DNA of 64,000 nt from Macrostomum lignano (lineage: Eukaryota): positions 62,001 through 126,000 of the forward strand of contig NIVC01000136.1 of assembly GCA_002269645.1 (NCBI GenBank), in the 5' to 3' direction. Position 1 is the first letter of the stretch, and the number at the start of each line of letters is the position of its first letter. Of the stretch, positions 11,111 through 23,821 are shown piece by piece. The translations under genes were made by a program, and so were the position numbers. The notes under the pieces are model-generated. The model made no database searches. It saw nothing but the letters and a program-made list of their open reading frames with translations, and was not told the DNA's origin.

Positions 11111-13442
11111 GGCTTGAGATGCAAGTGTAGGGCCTGAATGCAGTTAAGCTTTATTGCTTTGATTTTCACAATGGAATTCCAATGCGTCTCGCAGTGTGTG
11201 GACGCAGCCAAGTCAGAAGCGAAATGCGGGCTGTGCGCTGCACCGGCTTATATAGAGCTCACACAGGGTTGGGGGGGGGGGACTGATGCCGTCTAAATAG
11301 TGAAATTCGCAATGGCGTGAGTCAGTCGAAGCCAGTGCATCATCGGAAACCTTTGCTACACTGGCTAGATGTTTCGAAAATGAGTCTGCATATTCTAGCT
11401 GCCTGCTATTTCATAAGCGTTATTTTTCGCTACTTTCGAAATTATCGATCTTTTTTCAAAGTTTATCTTTACCCCCCCCCCCTTGTTCTCGAGCTAAACC
11501 GTTCTATACATATTTGCATATGAAAATTTTTGTATAACGGCTTGGTATTTTGCGAGAATACGAGTGTAGGCCACATAAAATGTAGCCAAAATAAATGAAT
11601 CCTAAGCGAGCTGAGGTTAGGTTCGGAGAGCAATAAGTGAAGCTGAAAAAATAAGGTGCCTGAAACAAGTGGAGGTTGATGACGATGAAACATAACAAGA
11701 GTGAAAAAGCCACCACTTATTCCGGATGCCTGGCAAAGAGAGATGACGTCAGCGCCAGCTGAGGTACCAGACAGAGCCAGTTGGCTCGACGGTGCCAAGC
11801 AAAGCAAGACGGCGAGAGATCGGGCCGACCGGAGAGTGAGGAGCAGCGGCCGACCCCAAGGAGCATAGCAACTGAAGAGCTCGAACGGCGGTCCGATGCG
11901 CGCGAAAATTGTACTTGACTGGACGATCCCTAATCACTTTAACCTAAACTGCTCAAAATGACTGATATCAAATGACTTCTCCCGCCCTGTAGAAGGATCA
12001 CATTTAATATAATATAATTTAGGGACCATTGTAGGGCCATTTAGCTAAAAGGATTTAGGTTTTTATGCTAGGAAATTAGGAAATTTACGGTGTTATCAAA
12101 GCGTGGTTGAGTTTATAGCAGTTCTGTACAGCTGAACTCTTGCAAAAAGCCACAAAGCCACATTAACTTGATGACGACATTGTAAAGGGTGAGTGCAGGC
12201 CGCCCTAAAAGTCTTCTTTGGAAATTATTTGAAGCCGCGGGATTCAACCTGGGGAAACTTGGTTGCGTGGGGAAAACTTATAAATAATGCGATGGTTTGA
12301 CATATATCCTACTCGGGTCCTTTTGAAACTTCGCAATAGCAATCCTACTCGCTTAAGGTTTATTGTGTCTCTTTTCTGCTCTCTTCTCTCTTCTTCCCCT
12401 CTTCTTCTCTCCCTTCTTCTCTATCGTCTCTCCTCTCTTGTCTCTGTGACACGACGACACACCGGTGTCACTGATGTCAGAGTAATTGCACAGATGCCAC
12501 GTCTTAAAAAAAATTGCGTTGTTTTACTCGGCTGAATGAAATAAGACGACAAACCTATTTGGCCATATTACTTTTCAGTTATCCAAACTCACTTGGTCAT
12601 CTTGAACTCTCTCACTTAGCAGAAACTATCTTATGGCCTTATTTTATTCGTCTTAAAATATTCCGACAACATTGCAAGTAGAACAATAAATTATTAATAC
12701 GAGTACAAAGTACATTTCAACAAAGGGACAACAGCAATCCAGAACTGAATGAATTGTACTCGTACACAAAATTAATTAATGCACTTTATGATATTATAAG
12801 CCTTGATGTGAAAAATAAATTAACCGCAAATAGCTAATAATTTAGCCTGTCCTTAAGATAAATCCTGCACGCTTTAAAGACTACGCAAATTAATTTCGAG
12901 CGTATGTTGAATTATCAAACTTCCTTATCGTTTAAGTCCTACTTTCTAGATCTTCCCATTAAGTTTAAGCCTAAAATTACTCAAAATATTAGAAATTTTT
13001 GAAATTTATGTGACGAGTTTATTTAGTTCGAGAACATGGGACTGATGCGCGTGCGCGTGCTGAGTCTGAGTGTTGATCTTGTCCTAGGCCAATATACGTA
13101 TTATTAATTTAACAACTCAATTGCTAGTAGTCTGAATAATGGCGAGTAGGTCAGAAGCAGTATGGCAATGCCAACTATTTACCAAAGGGTAATCTGAGAC
13201 GATAATATAATGCTAATGCCACCAAGCCTACGGGTACTAAGACCAACACCCAGAGCGCAGGACAATACACAAAAACTATCAAGAAGCAAAATTTGAATAA
13301 CCGCACTAATTGAAAATAGAAAAACAAAATTAAACCAAATGGGGAAAGTAACTAAAAATAGTTACAAACATTAGACCAAAATAGATACTCGTATAGTTTT
13401 AAATATTAATTGCAAAAACCACAAATACGAAATTGAACATTT

Positions 13443-13690
13443 TCAATACAGAAGCGACGAAGTTACATAAACTATTCGTGGTATTTCTTCAGGTGGTGGC
13501 CATTGATCGCTATACATTTCCCTCTCGAGTCCGTACAGGTTGTTGCTTAGGACGACACGTTCGACCGTGTATACCTTGGTACACCACGGTGTCTTCAGTT
13601 TCGCCGCCTTTCCGATCGGCACGGACAAAGTTCCGCAGCAGCACCTTGTCACCGACTTTAAAGCTGAGGCTGCTGGCAGACGCGTACTTC
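13443..13690 (-). mobile_element. Frameshifted retroelement/Gin-type integrase C-terminal fragment
   Basis: Reads FKVGDKVLLRNFVRADRKGG/(fs)KLKTPWCTKVYTVERV, resembling the xxVGDxVL...KL...W.GPY.V integrase C-terminal motif. Confidence 0.5.
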
Positions 13691-13814
13691 TGAATCTGAA
13701 CGTACTTTGAAATTATGTTAACAGACTTGCGGACAAGAATGCGCGCTTATAAAAGATTCGGCAGTATTCATTTAGGTGATATCAGATCACGGCTAAAACA
13801 GTGATTATTGACTC

Positions 13815-13885
13815 GCTGACCTACGAAAGAAAACTAAGTAAAATTAACGCAACTTCGGGTAAACGGCAGGAGTAACTATGGCTAT
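13815..13885 (+). mobile_element. Fragment of the hAT MITE family carrying the 28S-like segment
   Basis: aaaattaacgcaacttcgggtaaacggcaggagtaactat matches the reverse complement of about 19317-19356. Confidence 0.6.
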
Positions 13886-14975
13886 TATTACGGCTAATTA
13901 TGTCTTGTTATCTAATTAGCACAATGCAAGCTACTCAGTAAAACTGAAAAGTCGCCTCTGTGCGCCAGTGAGCAATTTCTCTGGGACTAATTTGAAATAA
14001 AAGATGCGACAAAACTGATCGGGGTGGCTTTAATCCGTCCAAACCTCGCACACCGCTCCCCACTTCATTCCTCAACTCAAGTCTGCCTTGAGAGACTTTA
14101 GCTGCACTCTAAGACCTTACCACCACAAAGGGAATCTTCTGTGATGGCGACTTTTCCAGATTGTGAAAAAAACACAAGGAAAAACACTTGCCGACTGGTT
14201 TACAGTTAATCATTTAGCAAAAAGCTATATAGTAGAAAAAATGTGGCGCTAAATCAGCTACTTAGCAAGTAGTCAGACAGACATATATCCATATTTTTAC
14301 ATGCTTATATTCGGAAAAAAATCTTGTTAGACAAAAATTAGAAAATATAATCTAGGGGAAGAAAAGCAATAAACTGAGTGCACCCTAGGCGAGTCTAAAA
14401 ATAGCATTTTTATCATTTTATGTAAGAAGTCGAGCCCTCACTTTAATTGACGAGGCCAACCATAAATTCAAGCCATGCTTTGAAGATTGTCTATGGCCAA
14501 AACCGGGTATGGGAAGAACAGCTGAACTCGGACTTAACGGCTCTGCGTCTTTGAGGTCAAGATAATTGAGGGTGTTTTGACCATAGACAAAAGCAGAATC
14601 ACTGTTTGAATCTGAATGGCAGTGCTTTAAAATAAACGCTCAATCGATTTCTTTGATAAAATGAAACATGCTACATCATTTACAGCTATACACTAAAAAG
14701 CTGCAGTTATCGCACAGCTAGCTCTACTTATAGTAGGCAGCGGTAATCTAAAAATGGTTTTGTTGGAGCTATCACAGCACTGAAGTTTTGAAAAAAGCAG
14801 ATGGCTGCAGAGTTATTATTATTGAGCAAAAACTATAAATATAAAAGTTTTCTAAAAATACGACACAAAGGCGATGTTCGAATGTAATCTAAGACAGGGA
14901 TTTTTTCAAAGCTACTTAAAGTAGGAAGACCAAACATAAAGAAAAACAAAAAATAAAAAATCAACATCAAACCAA

Positions 14976-17900
14976 TCAGAAAACATCCTCCTCCTCAGTG
15001 TAGACTTCGACATTTTTAGTCAGCCGTGGTCGGTTTTCTGTTGTCGACACCGCCGTGGCAGGTCGATCTCGACGACGTCTGACGGCTGGAGGAGCGGCGG
15101 CCAGGACCGACAGACGCTGGCGGTTGGGCGAAATGCCGGTCGGCGACTTGGCTGAGGAGGGTGGCCAGTCCGACACGCTGGCGGGAGCGGGCGACGGAGC
15201 CAGCGACCGGCCAATGTCCGATGCAGCATCCAGACAGGCCTGCTTGAGCTTCATCATGTAGTCAGAGTGAAAGTGGCCGTCAGAGTAGTCCAGGAACCGC
15301 TTGTAGTCCGTCTGCAGGCTCTGGAATTCGCCCTCCACGTTGCGGCTCGTGTCCAGCAGGTGCTCAAAGTTTTTGTACAGGTCATTGTACCTGCGGGCGG
15401 GGCGCGTTTTGAAGGCCGATGTATGCCGACAGTTAACTGAGGTGAGAGCAGGACTGGCACACAAAAGTACATGTGGCTGTCTCAGCGTACTGCAGAGCGC
15501 ACTGGGGTCAGTGATACGCAGAGCAGCATAGAAAAAGTCAGCCCAGCATCCTCAGCTTCATCTGCCACAGCTAGGGAACGCCTCAGACAGCTATTTGCGA
15601 ATTAAGCTGACTGGGAGCTGTCCGTGGATTTGAACACTACTGCAGCTCAGTAGTATCTGAGACTCTGTGAGCGATCTGAGCCCCAGCCCCACTAGCTACT
15701 CACACTACTGCAGCTCAGTAGTATCTGAGACTCTGTGAGCGATCTGAGCCCCAGCCCCACTAGCTACCCACACTACTGCAGCTCAGTAGTATCTGAGACT
15801 GTGAGCGATCTGAGCCTCAGCCCCACTAGCTACTCACACTACTGCAGCTCAGTAGTATCTGAGACTGTGAGCGATCTGAGCCTCAGCCCCACTAGCTACT
15901 CACACTACTGCAGCTCAGTAGTATCTGAGACTGTGAGCGATCTGAGCCCCAGCCCCACTAGCTACTCACACTACTGCAGCTCAGTAGTATCTGAGACTCT
16001 GTGAGCGATCTGAGCCCCAGCCCCACTAGCTACTCACACTACTGCAGCTCAGTAGTATCTGAGACTCTGTGAGCCCCGCAGCGGACAGCCGCAGACACGC
16101 AGGCCGCGAGTCTCTGAGGCAAAAATGCCGCACAGGGCCACCAACCGTCTGCCACAGAAGGAAAGCCTCGCTCGGCCACTGGGCGGAGCTGCTGCTGCCG
16201 CGGTGCCGGCAAGGGGCAAAATGTGGCCCATTACATCATATCACAATATACTCATATCGATAAACAGAAAACCCCAGCTTCTCACTTTATCATCCAGGAC
16301 TCAACTTCTTCACGATGCCGCTTCCTGATGGCTGTCAGCTCTTCGTTGAACAGCTGTCGACACTCCTTCTTGGTCTTGTCCACCGTGTGCTGTTCGCGAC
16401 GCTCGAAGGCCACCTGGGTGGCGTGGATGGTGAAGCTGTGAGATGATGGGGAGGCAGGGAGATGCTAGGGAGACAGGGAGATAATGAGGAGGCAGGGAGA
16501 TGCTGGGTAGACAGGGAGATGCTGGGGAGGCAGGGAGATGCTGGGTAGACAGGGAGATGCTGGGTAGACAGGGAGATGCTGTGTAGACAGGGAGATGCTG
16601 GGGAGGCAAGGAGATGATGGAGAGGCAGGGAGATGCTGGGGAGGCAGGGAGATGCTGGGGAGACAGGGAGATGCTGGGGAGACAGATGGTAATGAATTTT
16701 CAACAGAAGCTGTTTTTATTTCTGATCCCAATACACCAGCTAACTGAGGGTTAAAGCAAGTGCAAAAAAAAATTAAATTTTACTGTACATGTCTTCCCGT
16801 AATGGCAGATTGCGCAATGAACAGGAGGGAGGGGAGAACGCAGCGCAGCATAGTGGGGCGTTGCTTCTCTTGCTTTATCTGCCACTGCCACACCTAGAGA
16901 ACACCTCAGAAAGCTATCAGAGATTTGAGGGTTGAAGCTGACAGAAAGCTGTCTGTGGACTGGGTAATTTTTTTAAATCCAGAAAAGCGTTTTTACTGGA
17001 TTTTCGATACATATCGGCAGAGTAAATTGGGTAATTGATAATGTTGTCAACGCACTAAAACGTGTGCTATTAGGTATAACGTAAATAACACTGCTCCACT
17101 ACAAGGCTCTTTAAATAGCTAGCGTACTAACCACGACCAGTTAGCTTAATCTGCTTTACCATAACGATAATTTATGCAAGATATCCAATATTTGCACTGT
17201 AATGTGGCTGTCTCAGCGTACTGCAGGGCGCACTGGGGTCAGTGATACGCAGAGCAGCATAGAAAAAGTCAGCCCAGCATCCTCAGTTTCGTCTGCCACA
17301 GTTAGGGAACGCCTCAGACAGCCAATTTAACAATGCAGGCTGACTGGGAGCTGTCTGTGGACTGACTAACAGAATATTAAAAAAGAAATATCATTCACAA
17401 CCAAAACCTATGGACCACGATAGATATTAAAATGTTAAGGTGGACACAGGGATGCCACAGGTGGACACATTGATGTCAGGGTGGACACATTTCACCGATG
17501 GACACAAGGATGCCACAGACGGACACGTGGATGTCAGGGTGGACACAGATGTCACCGATGGATACATGGATGTCAGGGTAGACACAGATGTCACCGATGG
17601 ACACAAGGATGCAGGGACGGTCACAGTGTCAGACACCAGCAGCCGCTCACCTCAGCTTCATCGAGCGCCTTCTGCACAGCCTCCGCCCGATCCGCAGCGG
17701 AGTTCTGTCTGGCCAGATGCCGCTCCTCCATCCTGGCCCGCTCAATGGCATCCAGCCGCACAGTGTCCAGGTACTCGCGCTGCTGTCTTAGGGCGGCCTG
17801 TTTGTCCAGCTCGCAGGCGCGCCGAAGATCCCGCTTGGCCATGTCCTCGGCTTTGTCGCGCAGGGAGCACACCTGGGGGACAGGAGTGGGAAATAGAAAT

Positions 17901-20052
17901 TGCACCTTCAGCTTTATTGGGTACAGCTAGGGATGGATAAAAAATATAAACACATTTTGCAGGAAGGCTACAGGTGAAATTGTCCATATAGGACCGGGGG
18001 GGGGGGTGGCGTCACACACACCCTCAATTACCCCAGCTAATGCTGGCTGGCAACTATTTTACAGCTGGGTGAACTGAAGCAATGCAGCGGAAAGTTAAGT
18101 GTCTTGCTCAAGGACACAAACAGTTCTTAGTGGGATTGGGAATCGAACCCCCGACCTTCAAGTCGTAAGTCCGACGCTCAAACCACTAGGCTACAACCCT
18201 ATGTACAGTACAGCAAATAGAAGCGCGCAAATACTGTGCGAAGGCAGCACCGACACACACGCTCACAGAGGGTGTACAGCGGCACTTTGACTCTCTGATC
18301 GTCAGGCATGTACAAAAAGATGACAAGTATGATTTGAATCAGTTGCAATGCACATTCACAAGCTCCAAACGAATGGAATCGAACTAGGGGATCGTTTGTG
18401 CGAAAGACGGAAGACGCGTTTAACGCTGAGCTGCTTTCAGAAAGCTATCTGATAATTAAACTAACATATTTAATACACACAGCCATTTGTCTGAGTACTA
18501 ACTTAACTTGCTTAACTGCTTAAGTTAGATAAAAAATTACAAATCTATACATGCATTTTACATGTGGCTGTCTCAGCGTACTGCATAGCGCACTGGGGTC
18601 AGTGATACGCAGAGCAGCATAGAAAAAGTCAGCCCAGCATCCCCAGCTTCATCTGCCACAGCTAGGGAACGCCTCAAAACAGCTATTTGAGAAGCTGACT
18701 AGGAGCTGTCTGTGGACAAATATATTTGCAAAAAAGACCCTAGAAAACCTATTGATTACAGCATTGGTGCCACAAAAAATAAAAGCCCCTAATTGACTGC
18801 GTACTAACCGCGATTAAGCTTGCTTAACCTAGTACTTAAACAATAACGATATGATATTACTACTTTGATTCTAGGGCACTGGTAGTGAGAAACAAAAGTA
18901 CATGTGGCTGTCTCAGCGTACTGCAGGACGCACTGGGGTCTGTGATACGCAGTCGAGCAGCATAGAAAAAGTCAGCCCCAGCATCCTTAAGCTTCATCTG
19001 CCACAGCTAGGGAACGCCTCCGCCTCAGAAAGCCAATTTAACAATGCAGGCTTACTGGGAGCTGTTTGTGGACAAAGAATCATTGCAAAAATCAAAGAGC
19101 CGTAATTAATTTCAATTAGATGTTTTATACAATATCGGCCATATTTAAAAGCGTACTAACCACTATTACATACATGCGCAACAGTCGGCCGAGTCGGCCG
19201 ATCCGGCCGACCGATTTGGCGGCCAACCAAGGAGGTCGCAAAAATGCCCACCCGAAAACTTAGTACTTAGTAGTACTAAGTAGCTGACGAGGCATTTTGG
19301 CTTAATAAGACAGTTATAGTTACTCCTGCCGTTTACCCAAAGTTGCGTTAATTTTGCTTTCGGGTTTTTTTTCATGTAAGTCGCATTTTTGGTCAAAAAC
19401 TACGTCGCATTTTTGTTAAAACTAAGTCGCATGGCCGACCGAATTTCGGAGGTTGCGCATGTATGCACTATTAGGTTTGCTTAACCTACTTGAATATAAC
19501 GATAACATATCAGATAGTTGTGTTATTAATAACTGCACTGTCATGTGGCTGTCTCAGCGTACTGTAGGGCGCACTGGGGTCAGTGATACGCAGAGCAGCA
19601 TAGAAAAAGTCAGCCCAGCATCCTTAGCTTCATCTGCCACAGCTAGGGAACGCCTCAAAACAGCTATTTGAGAAGCTGACTAGGAGCTGTCTGTGGATTG
19701 GTATGCCTGCAGTATGTTCCTTAATGCAGGGGTCAGGTAAACATCTTCACATCAAGAGCCAGATGAAAATAGAGGAGAGGCGAGAGATGGGATTCGAGAA
19801 GAGATGAGAGGTAAGAGAGAGACTATTGTAAAGTTTCAAAAGACGCGAAGGCCACATTGAAATAAGAAAATAGAGATTTTGCATGACTAACTACACATGC
19901 ACAGAAACTCAGTAACAGTCAGGTGCAAATTTAACGCACATCAATGGAACACATAGAAAAGGTCAGCTCAGGATCCTCAGCTTTTCAGTAGTTACTTACA
20001 TACCCCAGTTTTCAATCGCAAAACAAGTAATAAGGTACCCGTCAAAAATTTC

Positions 20053-20086
<34 letters not shown>

Positions 20087-21590
20087 ATATTTTTCTACTA
20101 TAACCACGCTGGGAAAATATCTCACTAAGTCGGCTCACCTGATCCAGGTGCTTCTCGAACTCGGCCTTTTGTTCAGCCAGGGCTCGTTCCCGTTCAGCCT
20201 CCAATTCTTTGCGCAGAGATTCGCGAGCGTTGCGCAAGTCCCGGTCGAATTCGGCCTGGGCCTGCTGCAACAGGCTGTCAATGTCTACACGGGAGCCGGC
20301 GACTGGCTCCGCCACTGCTGGCAGGCGGTCATCGGCTGACACGTAGCGATCGCCCAGCTCTGAGCAGGCGAGGATGAGGATGATGAGCGATTCAGCTGCA
20401 TTGACTTGGGATTTTAAATAGACTTTAAACTACTCTTGACTTAACATTGCTTCTAGAATTACGCATACTTTCGATACATATCGTTAGTCTGGTCTTAACT
20501 AAATAAAACGGATTTTAAAGTCGACCATTGCTTAAAAGAATGCACAGAAAACTGATCCAAAAGTGCATGTGGCTGTCTTAGCGTACTGCAGGGCGCACTG
20601 GGGTCAGTGATACGCAGAGCAGCATAGAAAAAGTCAGCCCAGCTTCCTCAGCTTCATCTGCCACAGCTAGGGAACGCCTCAGACAGCTATTTGAGAATTT
20701 AACAAGCTGACTAGGAGCTGTCTGTGGACAAAAAATTCACGATTGCAAAAACAAAGAGCTGTAATTAATTTTAGTTACATTTTCGATACATATCGGCAGA
20801 ATAAATGAATAAAAAAACTATTCTAGCAATTCCAGCGCTGGTGCGACACAAAATACAAGTTCTTATTTGACTGGCCTACTAACCGCGATTAGGTTTGCTT
20901 AACCTACATAAACAAGGATATGATATTATTTCTATTATTTATATCAATTTCTAGGGCATTGATACTATAGTGAGAAACAGGAGTGCATGTGGCTGTCTCA
21001 GCGTACTGCAGGGCGCACTGGGGTCAGTGAGACGCAGAGCAGCATAGAAAAAGTCAGAGCAGCTTCCTCAGCTTCATCTGCCACAGCTAGGGAACGCCTC
21101 AGACAGTCAATTTACAATGCAGGCTGACTGGGAGCTGTCTGTGGATTTGAATCGCATTTAAAACACTAGTTATCTGAGACTCTGTGAGCCCCGCAGCGGA
21201 CAGCCGCAGACACGCAGGCAGCGAGTCTCTGAGGCAAAAATGCCGCACAGGGCCGCCAACCGTCTGCCACAGAAGGAAAGCCTCGCTCGGCCACTGGGCG
21301 GAGCTGCTGCTGCCGCGGTGCCGGCCAGGGGCAAAATGTGGCTCATCATGCTGTACTGCAACTGTTCCCAATTCTGTAACCAGGGGCAACTGCTACTAAC
21401 AAGTACATGGGTTTCCAGCTGCTGGCTTACCCAGAATGTCCCGATGCGTGGCCCGCTGCACAGAGAGCACAGTTCTATTGAGCATAGACTCAAGCGAGGC
21501 CAGTTGTTGCTGTCGAATAAACTGCGGCTGTCTGGCAGTTTTCTGTCTGGCTGGCACCAGGTGCGGCGGCAGGCGGGTGCGGGCAGACAT
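14976..21590 (-). CDS. C6orf163: C6orf163-like coiled-coil protein; exons 21590-21431, 20359-20139, 17872-17651, 16413-16286, 15390-14976
   Basis: All four introns are GT-AG and phase-consistent (1,0,0,2). The spliced protein contains ATHRDILELG and DAIERARMEERHLARQ, resembling THKDILDIG and EAVEKARAEERHIAQE that I recall from C6orf163 proteins. Orthology was not tested. Confidence 0.7.
15471..16228 (+). repeat. Composite repeat: core (15471-15627), 66-bp tandem array (about 15634-16068) and GC-rich tail (16070-16228)
   Basis: The same three-part order recurs at 20987-21341 and 28341-29266. Confidence 0.9.
16445..16688. repeat. Degenerate minisatellite (gggagatgctggggaggca/gggtagaca)
   Basis: Tandem units of about 19-20 bp in intron 3 of the C6orf163-like gene. 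Confidence 0.9.
17202..17361 (+). repeat. Core repeat copy, preceded by a 5S-like remnant (about 17120-17150)
   Basis: Direct match to the core consensus, with gcgtactaaccacgaccagttagcttaa upstream. Confidence 0.9.
18005..18200 (-). mobile_element. tRNA-derived CORE-type SINE
   Basis: Minus strand has an A box TAGCCTAGTGG and a B box GGTTCGATTCC, then gtgtccttgagcaagacacttaac...cacccagctgtaaaaatag, matching the MIR/CORE block. Confidence 0.8.
18562..19697 (+). repeat. Tandem array of three core copies (18562, 18902, 19543) separated by 5S-like spacers
   Basis: Repeated core plus gcgtactaaccgcgattaagcttgcttaacc spacer. The last spacer is interrupted by a MITE. Confidence 0.9.
19169..19465. 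mobile_element. Intact hAT-type MITE (297 bp)
   Basis: Perfect 14-bp TIRs CATACATGCGCAAC/GTTGCGCATGTATG and a perfect 8-bp TSD CACTATTA (19161-19168, 19466-19473). Confidence 0.9.
20567..21341 (+). repeat. Two core copies (20567, 20987) with 5S-like spacer, then a partial 66-mer and the GC tail (21186-21341)
   Basis: Direct sequence matches to the other composite copies. Confidence 0.9.
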
Positions 21591-21719
21591 GCTTGCTGGC
21601 TGCGGGATGCGAGATTGCAATTTTCATATAGACTTACTGCAAGTAGTGCGCCACGGAAATACGATGCATTTTTATCAAAGCATCAAGTAACTTTTTCGAC
21701 TTTCTTGATGGAATTTGAG

Positions 21720-21905
21720 AATCAAATGTGTTTATGGGGGTATAATCAAATGTGTTTATAAGGCTATAATCAAGTGTATTTATGGGGCTTTAATCAAATG
21801 TGTTTTTGGGGCTTTACTCAAGTGTTTTTGGGGCTTTAATCAAATGTGTTTATTTCAGGGCTCTAATCAAATGTGTTTAGGAGGCTCTAATCAAATGTGT
21901 TTATG
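21720..21905. repeat. Degenerate minisatellite (taatcaaatgtgtttatggggct)
   Basis: About 8 imperfect units of roughly 23 bp. Confidence 0.85.
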
Positions 21906-22124
21906 TTGTCGTTGCTAAACACTGTTTCACTATGCGTACCTTGAAGCGGCGATAGCAGAACAATTATAATTCAGCTGCCACTCGAGGCTAATGTTAGCGA
22001 ATTTTTATTTACTATTGCAACAATACACCTGCCAGATGCAGGCATGTGACCAGAATGCACTGGAGTGATTAACAAAATGTCACTTAAATTGTTGCGGTAA
22101 GTTGGCTCATCAAGACTGAATGGA

Positions 22125-23590
22125 ATTGCTACCTTGCTGACGTGAAGGGTGAATTGCTATCGTGCTGATGTGAAGAGGGAATTGCTATCTTGCTGATGTG
22201 AAGGGTGAATTGCTATCTTGCTGACGTGAAGGGTGAATTGCTATCTTGCTGATGTGAAGGGTGAATTGCTATCTTGCTGACGTGAAGGGTGAATTGCTAT
22301 CTTGCTGACGTGAAGGGTGAATTGCTATCTTGCTGATGTGAAGAGGGAATTGCTATCTTGCTGACGTGAAGGGTGAATTGCTATCGTGCTGATGTGAAGG
22401 GGAATTGCTATCTTGCTGACGTGAAGGGTGAATTACTATCGTGCTGATGTGAAGAGGGAATTGCTATCTTGCTGATGTGAAGAGGGAATTGCTATCTTGC
22501 TGATGTGAAGGGGGAATTGCTATCTTGCTGACGTGAAGGGTGAATTGCTATCTTGCTGACGTGAAGGGTGAATTGCTATCTTGCTGACGTGAAGGGGGAA
22601 TTGCTATCTTGCTGATGTGAAGGGGGAATTGCTATCTTGCTGATGTGAAGGGGGAATTGCTATCTTGCTGATGTGAAGGGGGAATTGCTATCTTGCTGAT
22701 GTTAAGGGGGAATTGCTATCTTGCTGATGTGAAGGGGAATTGCTATCTTGCTGATGTGAAGGGGGAATTGCTATCTTGCTGATGTGAAGGGGGAATTGCT
22801 ATCTTGCTGATGTGAAGGGGGAATTGCTATCTTGCTGATGTAAAGGGGGAATTGCTATCTTGCTGATGTTAAGGGGGAATTGCTATCTTGCTGATGTGAA
22901 GGGGGAATTGCTATCTTGCTGATGTGAAGGGGGAATTGCTATCTTGCTGATGTGAAGGGGGAATTGCTATCTTGCTGATGTTAAGGGGGAATTGCTATCT
23001 TGCTGATGTGAAGGGGGAATTGCTATCTTGCTGACGTGAGAGGGGGGATTGCTATCTTGCTGATGTGAAGGGGGAATTGCTATCTTGCTGATGTGAAGGG
23101 GGAATTGCTATCTTGCTGATGTGAAGGGGGAATTGCTATCTTGCTGATGTGAAGGGGGAATTGCTATCTTGCTGATGTGAAGGGGGAATTGCTATCTTGC
23201 TGATGTTAAGGGGGAATTGCTATCTTGCCGATGTGAAGGGGGAATTGCTATCTTGCTGATGTTAAGGGGGAATTGCTATCTTGCTGATGTTAAGGGGGAA
23301 TTGCTATCTTGCTGATGTGAAGGGGGAATTGCTATCTTGCTGATGTGAAGGGGGAATTACTATCTTGCTGATGTGAAGGGGGAATTGCCATCTTGCTGAA
23401 TTGAAGGGGAATTGCTATCTTGCTGATGTGAAGGGGGAATTACTATCTTGCTGATGTGAAGGGGGAATTACTATCTTGCTGATGTGAAGGGGAATTGCTA
23501 TCTTGCTGATGTGAAGGGGGAATTGCCATCTTGCTGAATTGAAGGGGAATTGCTATCTTGCTGATGTGAAGGGGAATTGCTATCTTGCTG
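22125..23590. repeat. 27-bp satellite array (aattgctatcttgctgatgtgaagggg[g])n, about 1.45 kb
   Basis: More than 50 tandem units between MRGBP and the C6orf163-like gene. Confidence 0.97.
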
Positions 23591-23821
23591 ACTTGTTCAA
23601 ATCGATCAATCAACAAGCAAAGAATTGCCTATAAAAATAGAAACCCGTTTATTTACTTTAATTGCAGTTGATAGTAACTATACAGTAATTATAATTGATG
23701 AAACGCTCAGTACAGAGCAATATAAGAATGTTAAACTGTGCACACAGCAACAGTAAACTGGACAATGCATTGAGCCGAGTGTGATTAAGCTAGAAATGCA
23801 CAGCTGACACAATCAGGCAGC

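Noticed and set aside
13857-13880. 28S rRNA gene or pseudogene
   Set aside because: Only about 24-32 nt match and the flanks belong to a MITE family. No rDNA locus.
14487-14590. 17-bp inverted repeat pair (TTGTCTATGGCCAAAAC / GTTTTGACCATAGACAA)
   Set aside because: Possibly a tiny MITE, but there is no TSD or second copy in the window, so it is not supportable.
15634-16068. 66-bp (and 27-, 46-bp) arrays resembling CRISPR
   Set aside because: Units are directly tandem with no unique spacers, there are no cas genes, and the context is eukaryotic.
20987-21146. Core as spliced-leader RNA or a functional H/ACA snoRNA
   Set aside because: No flatworm SL exon or AUG|GU donor and no clear Sm site. 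The ACA position varies among copies, the second lower stem is poor, and the copies are antisense to their host introns.
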